Origin: Myxococcota bacterium
Lineage (GTDB): Bacteria > Myxococcota_A > UBA9160 > SZUA-336
Assembly: GCA_040902485.1 (NCBI GenBank)
Contig: JBBDXF010000001.1
Span: forward strand, 1-21,562
Direction of reading: 5' to 3'
DNA: 21,562 nucleotides
Part shown: in pieces, positions 8,692 to 16,677 of the stretch
Position numbering within the stretch: the stretch's first letter is position 1
How the letters are laid out: each line of letters opens with the position of its first letter
Notes under the pieces: generated by a model
What the model saw: only the letters and a program-made list of their open reading frames with translations
The model's database searches: none
Told to the model about the DNA's origin: nothing
Program-made: the position numbers and the translations under genes

Positions 8692-9011
8692 GCTGAGCCG
8701 ATACCTGATTGCGCCTCCCCAACGCCGTACGGCGTGTCGGCCGTGCGTCGCCTTCGCGCTTCGCGGTGCATTGCGCGTAGACTGGGCAGCGCTTACGACC
8801 GCGATTTGCCGAATCGAAGCCGGTCCGTGGAGGCCAATATTGCCCAAGCGTTCAACGAAGCCGTCTCCTAACAAGGGTCGAGTTGTCAAACCCGAGCGGC
8901 GACGACACTCCCAAGAGCCCCGCGATCCGAGCACTTCGTACGGTCGGCTTGGAGCGCGCACCAATCGCGAAGCGCCACTACAGCGCGGCTATCGCAAGAC
9001 GGAATTGGTCC

Positions 9012-11000
9012 ATGCCTGACCACAACTATTTCTCGAACCTGATCTGGCAGATCGCGGACCTGCTGCGCGGCCCCTATCGGCCCCCGCAGTACGAACGCGT
9101 AATGCTGCCGATGACCGTGCTCCGGCGATTCGACTGCGTTCTCGCGCCCACCAAGGCCAAGGTCCTGGCCGCGCACGAACGTCGCAAGGGCAGCAAGCTC
9201 GAAGGCGACGCCCTCGACTCCGCGCTCAACACGGCCGCTGGGCAACGCTTTCACAATCACTCGCCGCTCGACTTCGAGAAGCTGAAGGGCGACCCCGACA
9301 ACATCGAGAGGCACCTCGTCAGCTACATCAAAGGCTTCTCGGCCAACGTGCGCCGCATCTTCGACTTCTTCGAGTTCGAGGCCGAGATCGAGCGGATGCG
9401 CGAGGCGAACATCCTCTACCTCGTCGTCTCCAAGTTCTGCGACGTGGACCTGCACCCGAAGACCGTGCCGAACGAGCAGATGGGATTGATCTTCGAGAAC
9501 CTGATCCGCCGCTTCAACGAACTCGCCAACGAGACGGCCGGCGACCACTTCACGCCGCGCGAAGTGATCCGGCTGATGGTCAACATCCTCTTCATGCACG
9601 ACGACAAGCTGCTCGCCACGCCCGGAACGGTGCGCAAGCTGCTCGACCCGGCCTGCGGAACGGGTGGCATGCTTGCCGAGGCGCAGAACTACCTGCGCCA
9701 GCACCACGCCCAGGCGCAGCTCTACGTCTACGGGCAGGACTACAACAAGCGAGCCTTCGCCACCGCCGCCTCCGACATGCTGATGAAGGAGGTGAGCCAC
9801 AACGGCGGCGGTGAGAACGTGCGCTTCGGCGACAGCTTTACGGAAGACCGGTTTGCCGACGACACCTTCGACTACTTCCTCACCAACCCGCCGTTCGGCG
9901 TGGACTGGAAGAAGCAGCAAGAAGAGATCCAGCAGGAGCACGACAAGCGCGGCTTCGACGGCCGCTTCGGCGCCGGATTGCCCCGCGTGAACGACGGGTC
10001 ACTGCTCTTTCTCCAACATATGTGGGACAAGCGAGAGCCGGTGCGCCCGGCCGAGCACAAACACGGCTCGCGCCTGGCCATCGTCTTCAGCGGCTCGCCG
10101 CTCTTCACCGGCGGCGCGGGCTCGGGCGAGAGCGACATCCGCAAGTGGATCATCGAGAACGATTGGCTCGAGGCGATCGTCGCCCTGCCGGAGCAGATGT
10201 TCTACAACACCGGCATCGGCACATACGTCTGGATCGTCACTAACCGCAAGGAGAAGCGGCGCAAGGGCAAGATCCAGTTACTGGATGCACGAGACGTCTG
10301 GACAGCGGGCGGCAGCGAAGACAACAAGCGCAGCCTCGGCGACAAGCGCCGGCACATCACGGGCGCCCAGATCGATGAGATCGTGAAGCTCTACGGCCGG
10401 CAAGGCGACGGCGAGACATCGAAGATCTTCGACAACCAAGACTTCGGGTACACCCGCGTCACCGTCGAGCGGCCCCTGCGCCTGCGCTACCGGATGACGC
10501 CGGAGGACAAGGCGCGCTTCCTCGACGCCTGCCCGCACCTGCTCGATGACGTGCAGGCCATCGACAAAGCGCTGGGCCGCGAGCCGCAGCGCGACTGGAA
10601 TGCGGTGTGGAGCGGCATCGAGGACCTGCTGCGCGCGCGCAAGTCGCGCTGGAAGGCGACCGAGCAGAAACTCTTCCGCAGTGTCTTCGCGCAGAAGGAT
10701 CCCGAGGCCGAGCCGGTCGCCAAGGGCGGGCGCGACGACGGGTTTGAGCCCGACACCGACCTGCGCGGCTTCGAGAACGTGACGCTCAAGGACGACATCG
10801 ATGCCTACTTCGAGCGCGAGGTGCGCCCGCATGTGCTCGACGCCTGGATGGACCGGACCAAGGACAGGGTGGGCTACGAGATCAACTTCAACCGCCACTT
10901 CTACAAGTACACGCCGCCGCGGCCGCTGGAGGAGATCGATGCGGAGCTGAAGCGGGCGGAGGAAGAGATCATGCGGTTGCTGCGGGAGGTGACGGAGTGA
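9012..11000 (+). CDS. hsdM: Type I R-M DNA methyltransferase subunit M (N6-adenine)
   Basis: IWQIADLLRG, HFTPREVI, SAM-binding DPACGTGGML, catalytic NPPF, and GYEINFNRHFY. Start taken at ATG 9012. Confidence 0.96.
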   Translation: MPDHNYFSNLIWQIADLLRGPYRPPQYERVMLPMTVLRRFDCVLAPTKAKVLAAHERRKGSKLEGDALDSALNTAAGQRFHNHSPLDFEKLKGDPDNIERHLVSYIKGFSANVRRIFDFFEFEAEIERMREANILYLVVSKFCDVDLHPKTVPNEQMGLIFENLIRRFNELANETAGDHFTPREVIRLMVNILFMHDDKLLATPGTVRKLLDPACGTGGMLAEAQNYLRQHHAQAQLYVYGQDYNKRAFATAASDMLMKEVSHNGGGENVRFGDSFTEDRFADDTFDYFLTNPPFGVDWKKQQEEIQQEHDKRGFDGRFGAGLPRVNDGSLLFLQHMWDKREPVRPAEHKHGSRLAIVFSGSPLFTGGAGSGESDIRKWIIENDWLEAIVALPEQMFYNTGIGTYVWIVTNRKEKRRKGKIQLLDARDVWTAGGSEDNKRSLGDKRRHITGAQIDEIVKLYGRQGDGETSKIFDNQDFGYTRVTVERPLRLRYRMTPEDKARFLDACPHLLDDVQAIDKALGREPQRDWNAVWSGIEDLLRARKSRWKATEQKLFRSVFAQKDPEAEPVAKGGRDDGFEPDTDLRGFENVTLKDDIDAYFEREVRPHVLDAWMDRTKDRVGYEINFNRHFYKYTPPRPLEEIDAELKRAEEEIMRLLREVTE

Positions 11001-12283
11001 GCTCCGCCGCCGAACGACTGTTGCCGCCGCTTCCCGATGGATGGATTGCAACACCGTTGCGGTACGGATCAACTTGCCTCGATGGCACGCGCGTTCCGTT
11101 GAACGCGGAGGAACGCACCAAGAGACAAGGCGACTACCCCTACTGGGGCGCAAACGGGATTGTCGACTACATCGACGAGTACCAGTTTGATGAGCCCTTG
11201 GTACTCGTGGGAGAGGATGGAGCGCCATTCTTCGACAAGGCAAAACCTGTTGCGTTCTTCGTTAACGGCAAGATCTGGGTGAACAACCACATTCACGTCC
11301 TAAGAGTCGACCAGAAACTTGAGCCGCGTTTTGTCGTTCACGCGCTCAATGCAACCGACTTCGGCCCTTGGATCGAAGGCAGCACGCGTGACAAGCTGAC
11401 GCAGGACAAGATGGGCAGCATCTTGCTTCCCACGCCACCGCTTTCGCGCCAACGCGCCATCGCAGACTACCTCGACCGCGAAACGGCGCGGCTGGATGCG
11501 CTGGTGGCGGCCAAGGAGCGGGTGCTCGGCCTGTTGACAGAGAAGCGCCGCGCGCTCATCACCCGCGCCGTCACCAGCGGCCTCGACCCCCGCGCCCCCC
11601 TCCGCGACTCCGGCATTCCCTGGCTCGGCGACATTCCGGCGCATTGGGCCGTGAAGCGATTGAAGTTCCTCGTGAACAAGATTGAGCAAGGCTGGTCCCC
11701 CGAGTGCTACAGCACCGCTGCCTCGATCGAGGAGTGGGGCGTCCTAAAAGCCGGCTGCTGCAATGGCGGCAGGTTCAATCCCGAAGAGAACAAGGCGCTG
11801 CCGCCGGACCGGGAGGTGCCAGTCGACCTGGAAGTGCGCCCCGGGGACGTGCTGATGTCACGTGCGAGTGGATCCACCGAGTTGATTGGCTCCGTAGCTC
11901 TTGTTCCAGCCGACGTAAGAACACGGCTCCTGCTGTCTGACAAGACGTACCGACTGGGAATCGCACCGGAACAGGCCATCGCACCGTATCTTGTGTCAGT
12001 CCTCGGGTCGGGTCTCGGCCGATTCCAAATTCAGCGCGTGATTAGTGGTGCGGCAGGGCTGGCTAACAATATTGCCCAAGGTGACATCAACGAGTTTGTG
12101 TTGCCTCAACCTGCTGAGTCCGAACAACGAGCGATCGTCGCGTACATCGATGACAAGACCGCCGGTCTCGATACCCTCCGTGCTGCCACCGAACGCACCA
12201 TTGCCCTGCTCACGGAGCGTCGCGCCGCACTCATTGCCGCTGCTGTGACCGGTCAGATCAATGTCCCAGAGGCCGTTTCATGA
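10997..12283 (+). CDS. hsdS: Type I R-M specificity subunit S
   Basis: Two TRDs, each followed by a conserved helix (QRAIADYLDRETARLDAL..KRRALITRAVT and QRAIVAYIDDKTAGLD..RRAALIAAAVTGQI), plus DSGIPWLGDIPAHW. GTGA overlap with hsdM. Confidence 0.95.
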   Translation: MSSAAERLLPPLPDGWIATPLRYGSTCLDGTRVPLNAEERTKRQGDYPYWGANGIVDYIDEYQFDEPLVLVGEDGAPFFDKAKPVAFFVNGKIWVNNHIHVLRVDQKLEPRFVVHALNATDFGPWIEGSTRDKLTQDKMGSILLPTPPLSRQRAIADYLDRETARLDALVAAKERVLGLLTEKRRALITRAVTSGLDPRAPLRDSGIPWLGDIPAHWAVKRLKFLVNKIEQGWSPECYSTAASIEEWGVLKAGCCNGGRFNPEENKALPPDREVPVDLEVRPGDVLMSRASGSTELIGSVALVPADVRTRLLLSDKTYRLGIAPEQAIAPYLVSVLGSGLGRFQIQRVISGAAGLANNIAQGDINEFVLPQPAESEQRAIVAYIDDKTAGLDTLRAATERTIALLTERRAALIAAAVTGQINVPEAVS

Positions 12284-12408
12284 GCGCGACTTGCGTCATC
12301 GAGAGCCTCGAGCCGTATTACCCCACGGAGTGCGACGAGGCGCCGGGCTTGAGTGCGTTCCCAACCGACGCAGCTTACGTCGCCGAGCGTAACGCTGGCG
12401 GAGGATGA
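12280..12408 (+). CDS. Putative 42-aa microprotein (MSATCVIESLEPYYPTECDEAPGLSAFPTDAAYVAERNAGGG)
   Basis: Its ATG overlaps the hsdS stop (ATGA, 12280-12283) and its TGA (12406-12408) overlaps ATGs of the next gene. No recognisable family. Confidence 0.35.
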   Translation: MSATCVIESLEPYYPTECDEAPGLSAFPTDAAYVAERNAGGG

Positions 12409-15008
12409 TGCGCATGGCGCTAGAGGAACTCATCATCGCCTGGAGCAAGGATCGCCCTGCATGGCAACGGGAGGTCATGCGCCGAGTCGCCACCGGCGAT
12501 GTGCTGTCCGCCGCGGACTACGACCAACTGGTAGAGGATATCGTGCTAGCCAAGCAGGCGTCCGCGCCGGTCTTCGGCCTCAAGCAATTTCCGCAGCCAG
12601 CGGCCGAGGACTCGCCGGTACGCCTTGTGTCGATCGCAAAGCCCGAGCACGTGAACGCTCTGGAATCGAAGGAGCCACTTACCTTTGAGTCGGGCGGTCT
12701 GACCATCATCTATGGCGACAATGCGAGCGGAAAGTCCGGCTATGCGAGGCTGCTCAAGCGCATCACACGGGCACGCCATCAGGAGGAGGTTCTAACGGAC
12801 GTGTTCCGCGACACGGCATTGGCCAAGCCCACCGCGACACTGGTCGTTCGCATCGGTGACGAGGACGCGTCACTTAACTGGCCCGAGTCACCGCGTCCGG
12901 AGCTGCAACGCATGCTGTTCTACGACGGGGCCTGTGGATCCGCCTACATTGCCACCGAATCCGACTTCCCCTATCGACCTTCCGCGCTCTTCGTCATGGA
13001 CGGCCTCATCGAGGCCTGCGTAGAGGTCCGGAGTCGGATCGACACCAAGTTGGTCGAGAACGGCAGTTCTACCAACGTTGTGCCGGCGGTTTCCGAAGGC
13101 GTGAAGGACACCAACGCAGGCCGGTTTCTCGCAGGACTATCGGGAAGCGCGAATGTCGAAGCGTTGGACGCGTTAATCAAGAAGTTCAATGATTCGGTTG
13201 AGACCATCGACGATCTCAAGAATCAAGAAGTACGCCTGCGCGCCGCGGACACAAGCAAAGAACGGCAGAGTCTCATCCGGCAGAGCGAGAAACTCGACTC
13301 GCTCCGCAAACAGCTGGAACAGATTCATGCGGTGCTCGGAAACGAAGGCCTCGCGGCACTTCAAGGACACCGAGCCGCACTCGCCGCTCTCGAAGGAGCC
13401 GCCGCCGTTCTCGCCCAGTCCTTCGAGTCGGAGCCCTTGGCCGGCGTCGGCAGCGCCCCATGGAAGGAACTGTGGGAATCGGCAAGGCGGTTCTCGGAGG
13501 ATCACGCCTATCGTGGGCAGGCGTTCCCGGTCGTGAATGATGGCTGTCGGTGCGTGCTGTGCCAGCAGACCCTGCAGCCAGACGGCAGCGATCGGCTCTC
13601 GCGATTCGACCGCTTCGTCAAGGACGACACGCAGGTCCGGCTGCGAGAGGCGCGCCAGCTCCATGACCGCGCGGTCGAACGTCTCACCAACCTCACCACC
13701 ACACCTGATGCGGTAGTCAGCAACCTGAAGGACTTGGAGGCGACCCATCAAGACCTCGTAGCTGAGATCAGTGAGATCCTGACGGGGTATGAGAATGCGC
13801 GACAACGGGCGCGCGAGGCGCTGGCTAGTCCGGGTGAGATTGCGAAACCAGGAATAGACCCCGGCACTCTCAGCACCCGCCTCACGGCAGCAAGCAGCGC
13901 AGCGAAGGCCACTGCCGGAGACCTCGCGAATCCTGCGGTGATTCAGACGCAGCTTGCTGGGCTTACCGGGCGACGGATAGAGCTCGAGCTGTTGCAGGAG
14001 GTCAAGAAGTCACGAGCTGCCATCCTCAAGGAGATTGCGCGCTTGAAGGAGCGCGAGGCCCTCGAGGCGGCTAAGAGCGCAGCCGCGACCGGATCCATTA
14101 CGAAGAAGATCCTCGAGCTCTCCGAAGAGAGCATAACGGAGGTGGTCCGCGACTCATTCACTCGAGAAACGGAGCGCCTGCATCTCGAACGCGTGACGAT
14201 CTCCAGGACCCGAGCCGACAAGGGGACGCTGCTTCATCAGCCGAAGCTCGTCGGGGCGCGCCAGCAGGTCACACTGCCGCGGGTGTTCAGCGAAGGCGAG
14301 CGCACCGCGCTCGGCCTCGCGGCGTTCTTCACTGAAGCGCATCTCGACCAATCCAAGTCGGCAATCATTCTGGACGACCCGGTAACGTCCCTCGACCACA
14401 TCCGCCGCGGGCTCGTGGCGGTGCGCCTCGCTGCGCTCGCCGAGACGCGCCAAGTTGTTGTGTTTACCCACGATGTCTCCTTTGTTGCGGATCTCAAACG
14501 AGAGGCAAATGGCAAGAGTGTTCGGATTGCCGAACGGTCCGTTACACGGAGCCGGGCGGACGAACGAAAGCCAGGCGCATGCAGCGCCACCCACCCGTGG
14601 AAGGCGAAGGACGTTCCCGCGCGCTTGGAAGAGCTGCGGCAAGAAGTGGCTCGAATCAAGAAGGATTGCGGCACCTGGGACCAGAAGGCCTACGAGGACG
14701 CGGCGGCCATCTGGGCCGGGAACCTGTCCGAGACCTGGGAGCGCATCTTCAGCCAGGAGATCCTTGGATCCATCCTGGCGGAGGGCGGGCTGGAGGTCCG
14801 CCCGATGATGGTGAAGGTCCTGGCGCGCTTCTCGGACACCGACCACAAGGAATTCGACGCCAGCTACAGCCGCGTGTCGCAGTGGGCGAAGCGGCATGAC
14901 AAGAGCGCGCTCGTCAACTATGTCGCTCCTGAGGTCAATACCCTGGAAGCTGAGTTGGACTCAGTGACGGCGTGGTTCAAGCGCGTGAAGGGGTACAAGA
15001 ACCCATGA
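12405..15008 (+). CDS. Rad50/SMC-like ABC ATPase with zinc hook (RloC-like, AAA_13), probable C-terminal HEPN-like domain
   Basis: Walker A GDNASGKS, coiled coil with central CVLC hook (13551-13562), signature FSEGE, Walker B/D-loop ILDDPVTSLD, H-loop VFTHD, and a C-terminal helical domain (LSETWE..RVSQWAKRHD). True start may be ATG 12414 (GGAGG at 12400-12404). Confidence 0.8.
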   Translation: MMRMALEELIIAWSKDRPAWQREVMRRVATGDVLSAADYDQLVEDIVLAKQASAPVFGLKQFPQPAAEDSPVRLVSIAKPEHVNALESKEPLTFESGGLTIIYGDNASGKSGYARLLKRITRARHQEEVLTDVFRDTALAKPTATLVVRIGDEDASLNWPESPRPELQRMLFYDGACGSAYIATESDFPYRPSALFVMDGLIEACVEVRSRIDTKLVENGSSTNVVPAVSEGVKDTNAGRFLAGLSGSANVEALDALIKKFNDSVETIDDLKNQEVRLRAADTSKERQSLIRQSEKLDSLRKQLEQIHAVLGNEGLAALQGHRAALAALEGAAAVLAQSFESEPLAGVGSAPWKELWESARRFSEDHAYRGQAFPVVNDGCRCVLCQQTLQPDGSDRLSRFDRFVKDDTQVRLREARQLHDRAVERLTNLTTTPDAVVSNLKDLEATHQDLVAEISEILTGYENARQRAREALASPGEIAKPGIDPGTLSTRLTAASSAAKATAGDLANPAVIQTQLAGLTGRRIELELLQEVKKSRAAILKEIARLKEREALEAAKSAAATGSITKKILELSEESITEVVRDSFTRETERLHLERVTISRTRADKGTLLHQPKLVGARQQVTLPRVFSEGERTALGLAAFFTEAHLDQSKSAIILDDPVTSLDHIRRGLVAVRLAALAETRQVVVFTHDVSFVADLKREANGKSVRIAERSVTRSRADERKPGACSATHPWKAKDVPARLEELRQEVARIKKDCGTWDQKAYEDAAAIWAGNLSETWERIFSQEILGSILAEGGLEVRPMMVKVLARFSDTDHKEFDASYSRVSQWAKRHDKSALVNYVAPEVNTLEAELDSVTAWFKRVKGYKNP

Positions 15009-16156
15009 CCCGCGTCGCCATCCGACGTGAGATGTTTCGCTGGGCCTGCGAGCGCGCAGGCTATGACTCTCGCGACCTAGCGCACCGCATCCCGCAGCTT
15101 CCAGCGTGGGAGAGCGGTGAAAGGCAGCCGACGTTCAAGCAGCTCGAGGCCTTTGCCAAAGCGACCCACACGCCAATCGGCTTCCTGTTCCTGCCCAAGC
15201 CGCCCGATGAACGTTTGCCCATCCGCGACCTTCGGACGGTGAAGGCTCGCCCCCGCCGCCCTAGCGCCGACCTGCTCGACACGATCTACACCATGCAGCG
15301 CCGTCAGGACTGGCTGCGCGAGGAGCGCGAGGAATGCGAAGCCGGCGCTCTGGAGTTCGTCGGCAGCGCACGCCTCAGCGACGACCCCGCGGCGGTCGGG
15401 CAGGAAATGCGACGCACCGTCGGCGTGAGCGATGGATGGACTGCGGAAGTGCCGAACTGGGAGCAGGCGGTCAGTGAGTTGCGCCGTCGCATCGAGCGCC
15501 TGGGCGTCATGGCTGTAGTCAATGGCGTCGTCGGGAACAACACACACCGCAAGCTCGACGTCAGGGAGTTCCGCGGGTTCGCGCTGACCGACGCCTATGC
15601 GCCCCTCATTTTCGTGAACGGCGCCGATGCGAAGTCGGCGAAGATGTTCACCCTGGCGCACGAACTGGCGCACGTTTGGTTGGGCCCGGAGGGCGAAGGC
15701 GTCTCCGGGTTCGAGGGCATTTTCCCCGGTGATGCCCGAACTGAAAAGTTCTGCGATCAGGCGGCAGCCGAGTTCCTGGTGCCAGCGCGGGAGCTGAAGG
15801 AGCGTTGGCGAGGCGTGAAGGGCGGTGCAGATCCGTTCGAGCAGATCGCGCGGTACTTCAAGGTCAGTCCGATCGTCGCTGGGCGTCGAGCCATGGACCT
15901 GCGCCTCGTGAGCCGCGAGACGTTCTTCGACTTTTACAGCGCGTACATCAAGCGAGAACGGCAGCGGCCAACACCGCCGGGCGGGGGCGATTTCTACAAC
16001 AACCAGAACACACGCATCGGAGTCACCTTCGCGACTAGCGTTATCCGCGCCGCGATGGAAGGGCGCCTAAGCTTCAAAGAAGCCTATGACCTCACCGGGC
16101 TTCGCGGCGGCGCCTTCCAACAGTACGCACGCCGGCTGGGGATGGACTTGCCATGA
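15005..16156 (+). CDS. XRE-HTH plus ImmA/IrrE-family Zn metallopeptidase
   Basis: N-terminal HTH (WESGERQPTFKQLEAFAK), EFRGFAL, FTLAHELAH (HExxH) and EKFCDQAAAEFLVP. ATGA overlap with the upstream stop. Confidence 0.92.
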   Translation: MTRVAIRREMFRWACERAGYDSRDLAHRIPQLPAWESGERQPTFKQLEAFAKATHTPIGFLFLPKPPDERLPIRDLRTVKARPRRPSADLLDTIYTMQRRQDWLREEREECEAGALEFVGSARLSDDPAAVGQEMRRTVGVSDGWTAEVPNWEQAVSELRRRIERLGVMAVVNGVVGNNTHRKLDVREFRGFALTDAYAPLIFVNGADAKSAKMFTLAHELAHVWLGPEGEGVSGFEGIFPGDARTEKFCDQAAAEFLVPARELKERWRGVKGGADPFEQIARYFKVSPIVAGRRAMDLRLVSRETFFDFYSAYIKRERQRPTPPGGGDFYNNQNTRIGVTFATSVIRAAMEGRLSFKEAYDLTGLRGGAFQQYARRLGMDLP

Positions 16157-16677
16157 CCACGCCCCCAGCATTTCTCCTGGACTCGGATGTGTTCATTGCC
16201 GCCAAGAACGCGTACTACGCCTTCGACATCTGCCCGGGTTTCTGGAAAGCGATCGTCCACGCACACAAGGGAGGCAGAGCTCGGAGCATTGACCGAATCA
16301 GAAGCGAGCTGCTGTCCGGGCGCACGGAAGAAGATCTGGTGCAGTGGGTGAAGAAGGACATGCCCACGGCCTTCTTCCACGATTCCAACTCGAGTGACGT
16401 GAGCTCGGCCTACGCGGAGATCATGCTGTGGGTTCAGCGCAACCCCCAGTACTTCGACCGCGCAAAGGCAAAGTTCGCGACCGAGGCCGATGGTTGGCTG
16501 GTGGCGTACTCGATGGTGCATGGGACGGTGGTCGTAACCAACGAGCAGCCTCGTCCAGAATCCAGAAATCGCGTTCTTCTTCCTGACGTCTGCGTGCAGT
16601 TCACGGTGCCCTACAAAGACACCTTCTTCATGCTCAGGGAGCTTGCCGTGCGATTCGCCTTGGCGGGGGTGAAGTGA
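16153..16677 (+). CDS. DUF4411-family PIN-domain protein (putative RNase toxin)
   Basis: [38 protein letters not shown] and LPDVC, with acidic PIN residues. ATGA overlap with the peptidase gene. Confidence 0.88.
   Translation: MTTPPAFLLDSDVFIAAKNAYYAFDICPGFWKAIVHAHKGGRARSIDRIRSELLSGRTEEDLVQWVKKDMPTAFFHDSNSSDVSSAYAEIMLWVQRNPQYFDRAKAKFATEADGWLVAYSMVHGTVVVTNEQPRPESRNRVLLPDVCVQFTVPYKDTFFMLRELAVRFALAGVK

Noticed and set aside
8865..8900. CCTAACAAG, resembling the start of an integron attC site
   Set aside because: No matching GTTAGG-type end or extended attC hairpin downstream, and no integrase.
8835..12080. 14-bp direct repeat CAATATTGCCCAAG at 8835-8848 and 12067-12080 (inside hsdS)
   Set aside because: About one 14-mer match is expected by chance in 21 kb. 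There is no recombinase or second hsdS to suggest phase variation.
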